A program made the translations under genes and the position numbers. From positions 1,550,001 through 1,614,000 of the forward strand of contig CAJFCJ010000010.1 in NCBI GenBank assembly GCA_904063045.1: a stretch of DNA of 64,000 bases, in the 5' to 3' direction. Shown here piece by piece: positions 12,408-26,701 of this stretch. The notes beneath the pieces are model-generated. The model was not told the origin of the DNA. It was given only the letters and a program-made list of their open reading frames with translations, and did no database searches. Within the stretch, counting starts at the first letter, position 1. The number at the start of each line of letters is the position of its first letter. Source of the DNA: Dimorphilus gyrociliatus. Lineage: Eukaryota; Animalia; Annelida.

Positions 12408-15400
12408 ATGGTATCTACCGTTCGAGAAACTCGACATTTGTGGGTCGGTTTTCTGCCGGACAAAATTCCCGAATTGCAAATTCAAGATTATTTCGAGAGG
12501 TAAGAAAACGTGTTTTGGAGGATTTAATAACCTATTGTTTTTCGGATTACCGATAAAACCATCAAGTCCGAACGGATATATATTTATCGGTTTAAATTCT
12601 TGGATTGTAAATCAAAAATTATTATATAAAAGACGCAATATTGGAATAATATAGAAGTGCAGCAATAGAATTAATTTTTCATTTTGAAAAAATTTTTGAA
12701 AAACGTTACGTTGTGAAAAATAAAAAAGCCGTACACTTATCTAATCGAAACGGCCTAAATGAAGCGACGATAACACAAGGCATACGCGCTTTACTGATAA
12801 AGAGAGAACAAAGATCGAAGAAAGAGCTTCTGGCGGGAAATTTTCAGACAACAAGTTACAACTCTGAATGGGAATATTCATAAAGAAAATGTCATTGTAT
12901 TTCTTTATTTATTGGCGCAGAATATTCACAATTTATAAAGGAGAAGTCTAAAAAAAGAACACGGATATTCCAATCAGAAGGAATGCTGACCGTATTCGTA
13001 AAATGAAGGCATTCTATGTTTAACTACCGAGCCGGATAAGGAATACTTAACTGCTCGGATATACACTAAAATAAAACATTAGCTATAAAACTATTGGAAA
13101 TTATATTCTAAAAATGATTACTGAAGATCTTTTTATGGGATTAGGAAAATTTTTAGATTACGTAACGGAACGATAAGCTTTCACCCACATCATCCCGTAT
13201 TCCAGCTTCCCGATAAAATAAAATTAATAATTTTTTCTGTTATATAATATAAATAGTATAAGGATAAATAAGTGAAAAACATAGCGTAAGAAATTGATCC
13301 TATTCACATAGGCTGAAAGTTTTTTTTTTTTTAGATTTGGCAAAATTCAGAACGTTAAACTACAATCCCTTAATGAATATGGAACTCGCTGCGCCATCGT
13401 TGCATTCATGGACATCAAATCAGCGTCTAAGGCGCACAAATCCTGCCCGCATACGTTGGACGGTGTCATTTTGACGACGTCCTATCAAGATATTACGCCT
13501 GCGGCCCCCGCAAACTTTTCTTCACCTCCATCGACACCCGGGTAAGGATCAATAGCCATATTAAACTGCATAGGGGAAAATCTAGGATGGGCAGGGATAG
13601 GAGAAGGGGAGAAAAACGAGGAGAAATCCGCGCCGCCGGAAACGCGGCCTATATCTACTAGTGTTTTTGGCGTGATGCCAAATTCGCATATTTCTCTTTT
13701 TTTTCCCCCCTCAACTTCGAATGTTTGCGCCAGATAAACTCGGGGAGCGTTTGTGTGTGTATATGCGTGTGCATCTGCGTAGCAACGCTACTTATCATTA
13801 TAAAATAGGCTACAATCTTTCGAAAAAGTAAATTTCTGGCCTCCCTAAAGTCCTAACTGTACAAAATCCAAAGGGATTTTTAAATTTTTCTAACAAATAT
13901 AGGAGATCTCTATATGTTTTGACCAAAAATGATAAATGTAGGTTAGACTGAATGGCAATTATTCATCGAATATAAACGAGAACGCTTTAAATGGATATTT
14001 CTCGTCTGGGATATCGATTTTTTCGGTTTTTAAATCCCGTACCGATTGTATTACTGTGTTGTTGAAGAAAATTAGAAACGGCTATTATTCTCTGCGTTGG
14101 CGGATCGATATTTTGTATTTTATACTTTTTGCATATGTTGCTTATTGTACGAACGTCGAACTGTACTTTAAAGGACCAGGGATGTAGTGTGAGAGAAATA
14201 ATCATAGTTGGCTAATTTATTACTCACGTAAGCAGATTGTGTACATTCGAGCTTAATGTTTTAGACACAATGCTTATATATATAAACAGATACATACATG
14301 CATGCATTTAGAGTTTTATATATATATATATAAAATATATATCGTAAAATATACACCTGGTATCTCCTAGGCCTATTTACATTACTTTGAACAGGTGAAA
14401 AGATCTTATTGACGTTTTCTAAGAGTCGCAAGCGGGGGAGACAGAAAAATCATTCTATTCGTCATTTTCTGCTCTTCTTAAAATCGATCGAAATTTTTTC
14501 GCTCGAATAGGCTTAACCAACCGTTTCGAAATGCGGCGACGTGATGTCATAATGCGGTATATTTGTACTAGGTGTTTATTCCGTGTAATTTTTACTCTAT
14601 ACGCCGTCCAAGGGAAGTGGCCGGAGGAGGGTTAACGCTAACGAACCGCACCAAGCACAGACAAGACGTCGCTCTTCCTTATTATATACATATTTATTCG
14701 TAAATGTGTGTATATATTTTATAAATTTATAGTTTTTCCATGAGAAATCGATAGTCTGTGAGAGAGAGAGAGAGAAGAAACCCGGTCGTTAATGTATTCT
14801 CTTGGCCGTCCGTAAAAATAGAAGCCTATATATCGGCGCAATGCGCTATCGATCCGTCTCTAGGGCGCTCTCTTCTACAGAGGCGCCACCTTTCCTGGTT
14901 GCCTACGTGGCATGTACGCATTGTATGACGTGTCTGTCGGTGATTGGTTCTCCTTGTGCCGCAGTACGGTCACGTGATGCGATTAGCAGTTGGCATTGTG
15001 CGGTGGCCGTTGTTGAAACGTGCAAAAATCTGTATTTTTTTTTGAAAAAAATTCGTCATTTTCCTTTGTTTTCCTCGATTAAAATATACCAATGATTAAA
15101 GGCAGTTTTTCCTAATTGGGATTAGCTAGGATAATGAAGCCCGACATTGGGAATAATTTACCGACAATTTTATTTGCTTCGTATTCCTCCTTATTCTTTT
15201 TTGTTTACTATTTAAGACAATTTTCACCCCGAAGAAGATTTAGGGAGTGTTAACTTCGCAAACACTGTTCTTTCTTACTATACAAAATAATTACAACAAG
15301 GAATAATGTACAGTCGTGTTTTGATTTTTTGCCAAAAAAATCAATAGTCGGCAGGTAGAACGACTTTATTTATCTTTTACCACCGTCGTCCCTAGCCTCT

Positions 15401-15851
15401 CGCTCACTCTCGCTGTCTTTGTTTCTTGCTCGCTTTCTCTTATTCACTCTCGCTTTCTCTGTCTGTTTGTCTCTTTCTCACTGTCTCGTCTATGTGTGTC
15501 TTTCTCTGTCAACTCTAACTCTGCATGCTGAAGGTTGTGGTAAAATTTTGGTAAAAACGAGGATTAGGCTTACGCACAAAGAAACTTGAAATTCTGCCAC
15601 ACAGCATTGACCCAGTTTTTCGTCGAATTACAAAGATGGCGGACGGCGTTTGATGATTCATGATCACGCTGGCGGCGCCTAGTTTTATTGATAGATCGGA
15701 AAGCGGATCGATAAGCGCGCACGAAGTATTATTAGAAGTGCATATTTTTTCTGCCTAATTAGTAATGCAATATTGAAAGGCGCGGCCCCCTGTTAAAGCG
15801 GGCAATATATATAATCGATCTGAGCGTTGTGGATTTATAATTCCATACGCT

Positions 15852-15882
<31 letters not shown>

Positions 15883-18800
15883 ATAAAGAAGCGATATCAG
15901 AATAATAAATGACTATTTTTAACTTCCTTTATTATAAATTCACATTGCTATTATTTTCAAGTTACAAGGATAAAATAGTTCTTATAGCAGCCATAGGATA
16001 TATCTAGCAATATTTGGGTTGGATATAAGAGAATGGATGCAAAGATGAATTTATGCACCAACAAAAAAGCACATACACATTTATTACATTGTTATATTTA
16101 TATATTTAGTAGTATGCTTTATACCATATATATATATATAGATACACAAATATACGAATATATTGAAATTATAATCGGTAAAAGGCGAGCAGCTGCAGCG
16201 CTTTGAAGAGGCGGTAGTCAGAGGGTTAATTTATTGCAACGTGGCGTTTCGCCTTCCTAGCTGCGTTCTGACCCGTTTCGGCTGGTCGACGGTTGGCAAA
16301 GGGTTAACAGCCCAAATGTCAAAGTTGATCGCCGGATCGTTTTGTGTGCTTGTATTGTGAACGCGCGTTTTCTATTGATTATTATTAAACATTGTGGGAC
16401 ATGGTCGTTATATTCCTCATTTTTTCTTTATGTAACTTTTTTCCTTAGTGGCAATTGATCTAAATATTTCTTATTCTTAGATCGAATAATGTCGGTGCTG
16501 TCGGTTCGGATATTGATGGAAACCGGACGAAAAAAGGGGGGCGTTCGATGTCACCAGCTAGTTCAACTGGGAGTATGAGCGACGAATCGAGATCTGGCAG
16601 TGCTGATCGTACAAACTCGCCATCATCATCCACTACTAGTCGAAATAGACCAACTAGACCGAATTTGGGAATACTAATTAAAGGATTACCAATTCGATCT
16701 ACTGATACGTCCCTCCGAGATGGACTTTATCATGAATATAAAAAATATGGAAAAGTAACATCAGTTAACGTTGAAGGTCAGGGTGATGGTCGCTATGCTA
16801 TCGTCTCGTTTAAAAAACCTGAGGAAGCTTCGTCAGCTTTAGAAAGCTCTCAAAAAAAGAAATTTTTTGGCTCAAAAATACGTGTCACCTCGCATGAGGG
16901 ATTCGAAATGGAAGATTCCGAATTCCGACCACCAGAAGCTGAATTGGATGAATATCATCCTAAGGCAACAAGAACTTTATTTGTTGGCAATTTAGAAAAG
17001 GATATAACTAACCCAGTGTTAAGAGATGTATTTTCCCAGTTTGGCCAAATTCTCGATATAGATATTAAAAAGCAGCAAGGTTCAAATGCATATGCATTTG
17101 TTCAATATACGGATATTATATCAGTCGTAAAGGCTTTGAAGAAAATGGATGCAGAATATATAGGAGAGAGCAAGGTTAAATTAGGTTTCGGTAAATCTAT
17201 GCCAACAACAGTGGTTTGGTTAGATGGCTTAGATGATACTGTTACTGATTCGCTTTTAAAGCGAACAGTTCTGCGATATGGCAGTCTATCGAAATTGTTG
17301 ATAGATAGGAGTTGTGGACGATCGTTAGTTTATTACGACAGTGTCGATTGTGCGCAGTACTGTGTGAGCGATTTGCGCGGGCGGGTTATAGGCAGCTGTA
17401 AACTGCAGATCGACTTTGCTAGCAGGGATTGTATTGGTGACTTTAAAGATAAGCTACCGCCAAATCAGAATGGATATGTTTATGAAGAAGCGACTAATTT
17501 ACCGCCACCACCACCTCCTCCTTCAACAACTCGAACACCTTCCTCCCGTCCGTATGACTGTAAGTATCATCCTGCAAACTTTAGTAGAAGTTCGAGGGAA
17601 AATGTCTCAGCATCATCTTCCACCTCTGCATCTTCAGCAACTTCTTCTAGTGGTACTTCTACAAAACGTAACCATGAACAAGGATATAGGTCAAATTCTG
17701 GTTCTAGGACATTAACTTCAACTAGGCCTAGAACTGGAGATTCATTCGAGGATGAATTGAGGAGTTATGACAGAATGAAGAGAGAACATTCATCCCCAAG
17801 CCCACCGCCTTCTAAGTCTAAAACTAATAGTAATGTACCATATAGCCCCGGAAGTAGTTCGGAGCGTTCAGTGGAAGTAGGTGGTGTGTCAGCAGATTAT
17901 CGAAGAACTTCTAGTCAAGAACGATCCGACACGGAACGCGCTGGTAGTGGATCCGAAGATGGAGGAAGGTTTGTACTTTATTTTTCTTTGTTTTCGACGT
18001 AACTTCCTCGATAATCAAATTAAAGGAGTTAGCTTTTAAAATGAACTATATATATTTTAAAATGTGTTTGATATAAAGTGTACATTAACGGAAAACTAAA
18101 GCTTTGCAAGCAGGGTTGAGCCTGCCGCAAGGTGTCCTGAACTAAAAATGCAATCAGTTTTTGTTGCCGTTGGCCTTTCCCATGTACTGAATTCTTGTTG
18201 CGTCATAAATTTACTGTGAAAACGAAAAATTCTATAGTAAATTCGATGCTATCAGCAGCAGGTTTCAATCAAAACAATAATTTTTTTCATATTAACCCTA
18301 ACTTTTATAGTAAAAATATAAGCCTATATGACATACTAAAATGTTTTGTGAATAGTTCTTTACAATTGATTTATTCTAAATTATTTTTACGCTTTTTCAG
18401 GTGGAAACGTGATTATACGGATTCGTTGCACGAAGCCAAACGCAGAATATCGACATCGTCCATTCCTCATCCGTCTCCCAAACCGAATAGCGATGACGAG
18501 GAAGCCAAAGCTAAAAAACCTCGTTTAGAAGAAACTAATGATAGTAGCTGTATAGGAGAGCGACCAGGAAAATTTTCCGAGCCAAAAATAGAGGCTAAAA
18601 AATTTGGTAATCCTCAGGAGCCACGAATAACTTCTAGAAAAACAGCCAAAGATGGTGTTTTGACTTTACCTCTACCTAAATTTTCTTACGAGTTCTACAA
18701 ATCGAAGCAAAAGGCGTCTTCAAGGGCGTCTACACCACCTCCACATGGAGATGAAACTCGGTGCTCAACTCCTGGTTCGGCACCCGGATCAGCAACTTCA

Positions 18801-21800
18801 ATTAAGGAGAGTTTTTCCTCAAAGTTGGATAATCGTGTTAGTGACAAAGATGATAGTGGTAATGAAGATCCAACAACCGACGCAATTGATGAGCGTATAA
18901 GAGCTTTGGATGAAAAGATGCGAAAAACAGAACATCAGAGGAAATATACACAATTACCTCCTCCTCCTCCAAGAACAGAAGTTTCCACTCCAACAACCCC
19001 AACAGTGGATTACAGTAAATTTCGTCTGAAGAAGAAAACCGAGTCGATAAGCTCTATTAGTACACCTACTTCAGCAGAGCCAATTTTGACACCGACATCA
19101 GACATTTGCTCGTCTGGTTTATTACGTAGGACTTCATCAATATTTGATCAAGATACTGCTAGATTATCGAACATTCATGAGAAATATCAGCCGAAAGATC
19201 CTCCTGTGTTTGATGAAAAGAAAGGGGGAACAGAATCGGCAGTAAAAGTTCATTTAAACTGTGAAGAGCCTCCACGGCAAGCCCCGAGTTGTGGAGGCTC
19301 GGTCCTCTCGGGGCCGTCGTCGTTAATAGATCGTAAACGGAGAGCTGAGGATTCATTAGAGCTAATGGATCCTGTGAAGAAATCGGCGAAATTGAGTCCT
19401 ATAAGATCGGATAGTGTTTCGTCGACTTCATCCGTTCTGCATACGCCAACGACTCCGACAACTATGCCGAAATCTATTCTGTCGAAGCCTAAAGATTCTC
19501 TTCCTTGCCCTGCATTACAATCGCCCTCTTCAGTATGTCCTGCAACGTCAGCAACTGCATGCTCTCTCGCTATGACTTCGACTTCGACCTCGACTTCAGC
19601 TATAGCTTCTTCAATTTCTACTTCTATTTCTACTATTTCTTCTTCTACTTCGACTTTTATTCCAACTACAAATGCATCTCTTTCATCTTGTTCCTCAGTT
19701 ATATCTTCTACTTCAACAACTACGTTGCATTCAACTCCTCCTTCAACTCAATTATCCGCCCAAGTATCTACGGTCGCGACTGTTTCTTCAAATCATTCAT
19801 TGAAGAAGGAATCCAAATCGCAGATCCATAAATCTACAAATTCGAAAGAAAATAAGCCAAGACACTCGGAGAATTCTAAACCAAAATCGAGCCATCAGCA
19901 TTCTTCCAACAAGAGTTCGAAACATTTAAAGCACCACAGTGACAAACATAAGACTGGATCCTCTCATAGTAAAAAATCGCGAGATCATAGTTCTTCGACA
20001 ACTGGTAAAACTCCGAGCAAAGCATCTTCCTCGTCCTCTACTTTAAAAAATGACAAAATCGAAAAAGAGAGGGAAAAAGATAAGGACAAAGAAAAGGACA
20101 AAGAAAAGGACAAAGACAAAGAAAAAGACAAAGAAAAGGACAAAGAAAAGGAGAAAGAAAAAGAAAGAGAGAGGGATAAGGAGAAAGAAAAAGATAAGGA
20201 TAAGGAAAAAGAAAAGGACAAAGATAAAGAAAAAGAGAAGGAGAAGGAAAGAGAAAAGGAACGGGAGAAAGATAGAGATAAAGACAGAGATCGGGACAGA
20301 GAAAGGGATAAAGAACGAGAAAAAGACAGAGATAGGGACAAGGATAAAGAGAAAAGATCCAAGTCGAAAACTGTTGTTAGTAATAACAATAATAGTACAA
20401 ATAATAACAACAGTAGCCAAAATCAAATTGCTAAAAATAAGGAGAAAACACACTCTAATAAACCAACTGTTAATAATAACTCAAATTCTTCCCTCCACCA
20501 TCATCACCATCATCATAAGCAGCAACACTCTTCAAGGGAGAAATCTAAGAGCAACTCGGAAAATAAGAACAAATTGTATAAAGACAAAATAAGTTCGTCA
20601 TCATCCTCAAATAAGTTAAAATCTGAAAAACGAGATAAGATGAAGTCCAGCCATAGAAGCAGTAAACATTCCTCAAAGTCCAAATCATCTTCAAATGATC
20701 AAGTTTTCAAGGAACACAGATCGGATAAAAAGAAGCTGGACAAACAAAAAGGAAAATTGAGAAAAACGGTGGAAGGACAATTAGTGGATAATTTTGATTT
20801 TATTGAATATACGTCTATGTACGATCGTATTAAACAAAGAGCATGTCGAGCAGAGCAAGAAAGGAAACAAACTATTCAGGTATGTTCAATTTTTGTACTC
20901 ATTTTATCTTCAAAGTACAATGATTTATAACTGTATAATGTCCAACTCCTTCAGAATGTAAATAGGAAACTTCGGATAGTCCATTAAGTAACAATCTTTG
21001 AAAGTTTAACGAACTTTTATAATATCAAATAATCATTATATTTTTTTATAAACCTGTTAAAGGATATGAAGGTTTATGTATGTAGAGATAGTTAAAGATT
21101 GACATTTTTATCCCAAGATTACACACTTATTCTCGAAAGAATTTGAAAATCGGTTAAAGGTCAATGACTTCGAAGTCGAGACTTTTCGATATACAACACA
21201 TTTTACTACTCGTTAAAATTTAAACATTTTTTAAATGCTATTTGTTTTGTGTTTAGTAGTATTCTATCAATTGAGCAACATATGTATGATATGGTATTTT
21301 TTTAATTTAAAATAGGACTATCGAAGAAATGAGATCTACACAGACGACGCTACTTCTGATAGTGATAAAGAACCATCGATGATGAAAATGAGTAAGCCAA
21401 AGAAAAAGCAGAGAAAAAAGCGATCTTCTGGCGGAACTGGAGGTTTAACCGATTCAGAATCAGATACAGACTTCCCCCCCAACTCCTTAAGGAAGATGAA
21501 TAGGAAATCTAATAAAATAAAGAGTCTAGAAGGGAGTGAAGAAGAGAATTTTGTGCGACAACCACCAAAAACAAAAGCTGGCAAGAAAGCCATGCCTGAG
21601 TCATTTTTTAATGCTGAAGCTGATCATAAGGATAATGCTAAATCTCATTCGTCTCCGGCCGCTAAAAAGATACAACCCGTTTCTAGCAAAAGGGTATCAA
21701 GAACACGAGTGTCATCATCTTCCTCTGACTCCTCGTCTTCATCGTCTTCCTCCGAGAGTACTAGTTCGTCTAGTTCTTCAAGTGACAGCTCACTTGGCCC

Positions 21801-24800
21801 CTCAAAATCGTCAGATAAAAAACCGCGTGGCCATGATATATTTACGAGTAGTGATAGTGATGGGGAGATCGCTGCCAGAGATGTGAATACACCCTTGAAG
21901 AAGTCATCTCGAAAAGCCTCTCCGTCGAATTGTCTTAAGCCATCAAGTCAAATTCCTTCAGTTCCAGCAAAAACTTCTCACAAGACAATAAATAATAAAC
22001 TATTGCCTCTAGAAAAAATTCGACCAGAAAATTCAAATGGTAATAATTCGATTAAGACACCAAAAATTGATATGAATCTCTTGAATAAAGTTGTCTCGAA
22101 GTTGGAAAAGAAGTCGAAACCTGAAGATTTGGTTGAAGATGAAGAATTAAGGAGACTCAGAAAAGAGGAGGAAGAAATTGAAAAGTGGAGTCTCACGATT
22201 GAGAGTGACAAACCAAAGAATACCCCAGAGTCTTTATTTAAACAGAAAGCACAAGAAGCTGAACAAAAACGTCAAGAAGAAGAAGCTCAAAGAAGAAAGA
22301 AAAGACAAGAAGAAGATAAGTTAAGAGCTGAGGAGAGGAGAAAAAGAGAAGAAGAAGAAGAAGAGGCTAGAAAGGTTCAGGAGGAAATGGAAAAAAAGCT
22401 GAAGGAAAGTCAGGAGAAGAAAGAAAAGGAGTTGGCAGAGAAGAAAGCGAGAGAGGAAGCTGAACGAAAACGTCAAATAGAAATTGAAATGCAAGCAGCT
22501 TTGGATAGTATAACCCGTACCAATCCACCCGAACCTGATCACCTGAGTAGTGATCGCACCCCATCTCCTATATACAACAGTTTTCCACCTGACGAACCCC
22601 TTCCTGAAGAGGTAAAAATATTTTTTTATGATAGAAAAAAGTTAAAGGTACTCGAGTCGGAAGCATTTATATCGATGTTAAAATTTTGTGCGCTTGTAAC
22701 AATGGAGAATTGCTCTTTAATCGCTGTAATGAAATGCATTATTGTCGCCAGTAGATTGGTGTAAGACACACCATTAATGTTTCTTGCGATTGTCCTTGAA
22801 AATGCGAACAATTAAGTTTACACAATCGAAGCGAAGATTTCAGTAGGCATGTTTAACCTGTACTTTGGAATTAAGTGAAAACTTGTAATGTATATACATA
22901 GTTTCATATTTTTAAAAAACCATTTCGTTTGACCAGGGAGGAGTAAATGACTTGAACCGCACCGAAGCCGAAATAGCAGTACAGATTCTATTGGATAAGG
23001 AAGTTGCAGAGGAAGTAAAACCAGAGGAAGCAGCATCGCCACCTCCGTCAATACCACCACCGCCAGCACCAGCACCACAACCACTCGTTAATTCGAAGGA
23101 AAGAGTGCCTGAGAAAATATGCGAACCAGAGCAGGAAGCTCCGTCTATTGAGCCAACAACGACACTGGATTCTCCTATTGCTCCTGTTTCAGAAGAAATT
23201 GAGAATGTTAAAGTAGTTGCAGCAGAAGTTGAAAATAGTCCGAAAGCCATTGTTAAAGGCCCTGAGATACCAAAAGAAGAAAAGATTGATAAACCGCCTG
23301 AATGTCCGATTGAAAATGTGAAGGAAGAAAAGAAAGTTGTTGAGGAACCAGATATTATTTCACCAACTATTTCTCAGACGGTGCAACCGAAATGTAAGGT
23401 CGAGGAAGGGATTACCCCTCCAACTCTGAAAACAGATTTAAATCCTCTTTTGCATAGTCCAACACGACAACCGGAAAACACGTTGCCACCTCTTGGACCA
23501 GCGGTTGTTCACTCATCAACGAGTACTCCTAATCAATCTAGTATAACAAGACCAACAGTCAATCAAGTACTGCCTCCGCTACCTCCTTTTACAGAATGCC
23601 TGACAGGACATCCTATTCAATCACCGAGTGGTTTGGGATTACGAATGGCCAATCCATATGAAATGCATTCATCAATGGGGGAAGCGCCTGCACTCGTTAG
23701 TGCTGGGTTACACAGCTACCAATCGCCCATTTCCGCATCTAGAAAATACAGTCATTTGTCAGCCGAAGAACAAAAAGTTCTTCTCAAAATATTACCGATT
23801 GAACCAATGGAGGTGTCTCAGCAATCCGAGCCGGTAATAGCCCCTCCATCGTTGCCATCATCACTTCAACCAATCGATACGCCAGAATCTAAGCCACAGG
23901 AACCAGAAAAGCTTATAGACGAAAAGACTATCAAAAAGGAGCCAGAACCAGAACCACAAGAGAAAGATATTGAGCCTGAACCAGAAATTGAGGATGACTC
24001 GGAAAGTGAACGCTTAGTGATCGCTGAATCTAAAAATGACACTCACAGTAATTCTAGTAATTCTCCCGTATGCAAAATCCATGAAGCACCTAAGACACCT
24101 AGCAACCGTGGAGGAAAGGTTTCTTCAAGGGGTAGAACCTTAATACCAAATCAAAAAGCCAAAGACTATGATGATGTTATAGGAAATAATCGTAAACCTG
24201 AGATAGAGGAAGAAAAGATAGCAGAAGATAAAAAGACTATTCGCGGAAGAGGAAGAGGTACTGGAAGATTAAGGAGACCATCAAAAGTGCAGTGTGAAGA
24301 ACCATTGACCACGAAAAACCTTCGAAGATCAACCAGATCTACAACAAACCAGGAGCTTCCTGATCGCAGAATCACTAGGCAAGTTGCTTTGTCTGGTCGA
24401 ACATCAGAGTCAGAAGCAAGTGGACGAAGAAGAAAAGTTTCTAATCAATTGACTCCAACTACTCCATTAACTCCTCAAAAGACAATCATCAAAGATGAGA
24501 AAGACGCTTTTGCATTCACCGAAGATGATGACGATTCAGTTAGTGATTTCCAAAGACCAATAAGAAAAAGAAAACCTCCCTCAATTTCAAAAGAAATTGC
24601 TCCGAGTGAAAAGAAACCACCTCTTCCAATAGAAGAAACAGTTGATGAGAAACCAATAATTACGTCTCAACCTGTTGTATCAACATCAACAGCACCAATA
24701 ACAACGGCGACATTGGTAACACCGTCTTCGGGTTCGACGAAATCACACCATATGCCTTTAAAAATGGCTTGGAAGAATAAAGAAATAATGGAGCAAATAC

Positions 24801-26062
24801 AAAATGAATTTAGACTTAATGTTGAGGATCCTAAATCAAGTAAAAATAATGAGGAGAAGGAAAAAATTGTGGAAAAAGATTCTGATGAGCAAACATCAAA
24901 CAAACAGGTTAATGATGAGCAAAGAGTAAAGTTGGAAGGGGTCTTGCAACAAGCTGGTCACCCACAAAGGGCGGGAGATATTAAAACTAGTCCTCCTCCA
25001 TTAAAATCTGTAAGTTTGAATTGTGAAAAGTATTCAGAATTTTATTCGAATTATCTGTTCTCTAAGGTAATACCGTCTGGGCAACAAATGATTGAGAAAG
25101 TACCAAATCCCCATTTATCACCTCGACATCATACCCCACCAGTTGCCTCTTTACCGGATATTCCATCCGGTTCTAGAGCAGAACCGCCTCATGCTAATAG
25201 ACCAGATTCGGCTCATCCACCACCTTCTCACTTTCCACAATTTCCTCCTCATACCACAACCTCCACATCTTCAACGAGCGAACTACGACAAGCTTTAGCT
25301 CAGCCCCCTATATTACACCCACCGCCGGCTCATACTCGTCCACATAGTCCGTTGTCGGAGAGACATTTAACATCACTTCAAGGCTATTCAGAATTGTTGT
25401 ACGGACAAGCTCTTTATCCAGGAGGCGTTAGACAACAAGTTATTTATCCTCCGGAATATTTAGCAGCTGCTGCAGCACATCGTGCATTATTACCAGCACA
25501 AAGTTCACCACATCGCGCTCAAACGCCTGGCAGTGCAGCCCAATCGCCTAGAAGCCAAGTGTATAGGGATCCAATCGTCTGGCAAGGCGAGGTTGAACTG
25601 AAGAGCGAACGTTCTCTAGTCAATATGCTTCTAGTGGGAGGTTCGAAACGCCTAGCGGAATTAGCTCTACCCCAAGCAGTGTCTGAAGGCTGTTGTCCCA
25701 TCCTCCGGGTTGTTCAGAGGATGAGATTGGCTAAGGAGCAGCTTGATGGCGTCACTAGGCGAATGACTGATCTCAACAGTTATGCTCTATTAATTGCTAC
25801 CGCTCAGGGAATATCTGTGCCGGAGAAGAATAGAAATGAACGGGTTCTCTCTGCTTCTTTCATTCAATATCTTTTGCAAAAGACGGCTGCCGGAATTGTA
25901 AATGTTCCTGGTCCAGATCCTCTTTCACCACATGCTGCATACGTCGTGCATATATTTCCTCCTTGTGAATTCGCTAAACTCATCCTACTCAAGCTTGCGC
26001 CTAACTTTGCTCCATCTATCAACGATACGCCGCATCTGCTCGTCATCATCACTACCACCTGA
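12408..26062 (+). CDS. spen: Split ends / SHARP / MINT transcriptional co-repressor, 6 coding exons, about 2895 aa, 4 RRMs and a C-terminal SPOC domain
   Basis: Exons 12408-12499, 13335-13541, 16481-17968, 18401-20879, 21316-22611 and 22937-26062 are all phase-consistent (8688 nt). RRM1 MVSTVRETRHLWVGFLP..RFGKIQNVKL..AIVAFMDIKSASKAH; RRM2-4 (SLRDGLYHEYKKYGKV, PKATRTLFVGNL, FGKSMPTTVVWLDGL); SPOC IVWQGEVELK..VQRMRL..YLLQKTAAGIVNV..VVHIFPPCEF..HLLVII. Confidence 0.96.
20061..20356 (+). repeat. Coding low-complexity purine-rich repeat giving a (KE/KD/RE/RD)n mixed-charge tract in spen
   Basis: Tandem GAA AAG GAC AAA-type codons; translation EKEREKDKDKEKDKEK...RDRDRERDK. Confidence 0.92.
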
Positions 26063-26409
26063 ACCCGTCCTGCATCATTTAGTTTCTCTTTCAGTTTTTT
26101 TGTTTTTAAAGAATGCTCAAAAGACTATTTCTCTTCTCCTTTTCTCTATCTCTATTTTCTCACTCTTTCTCTCGCCACATGTACAGAGAAGGAAGGAATT
26201 TTGCACTGTTGCGTGTCCATTTGTGAAAAATTCTAATTCTTATATACTCTATTGAAAAAATTCTACTTATTAACTAGTAACAAAAAATTGAACTGAACGC
26301 GACGTCGTTTGTTTTTCATGTGTTCGACTGCTTTCGTGCAAAAACACGAGTTGATTTTCGTTTGTTTATTCGGATTAAACGTTTCCTCTTTCTTTGCTCA
26401 AAAAAAAGG

Positions 26410-26541
26410 ATATATATATATATATATATATTAATATATATATATAAATATATGTATATATAAATATATAGGTAATATATATTATATATTTATATAATTA
26501 TATATATATATATATATCTATATATATATATATATATATAG
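26410..26541. repeat. Imperfect (TA)n tract between the convergent spen and ASB-like 3' ends
   Basis: About 130 nt of interrupted TA repeats read directly. Confidence 0.85.
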
Positions 26542-26701
26542 ATATGTTCAAATTTTCTAATAGATATACATATATACTTTCGTATATTGGTATACTTAAC
26601 AAAATCCTTTTTTATTTGCGCCAAAGTATTAGGAGTATTAGTAAAATGAGACAGCGCTAAAGTAAGAAGAATTAGTCTTAATAGCTATGACATATCAACA
26701 T

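Noticed and set aside
12981-13066. Two adjacent short hairpins (GAATGC..GCATTC; CCGAGC..GCTCGG) followed by ACA in spen intron 1, reminiscent of an H/ACA RNA
   Set aside because: Stems are only about 6 bp and there is no ANANNA H box between them. An Rfam or snoRNA scan would be needed to revive the idea.
14802-15095. 97-aa ORF in spen intron 2
   Set aside because: It starts at TTG and has no recognisable domain; better explained as CpG-rich regulatory sequence.
19985-20592. Long alternative-frame and antisense ORFs (K-rich 180 aa; SL- and F-rich on the minus strand) over the spen charged repeat
   Set aside because: The purine-only repeat lacks stop codons in several frames, so these are shadows of the spen exon.
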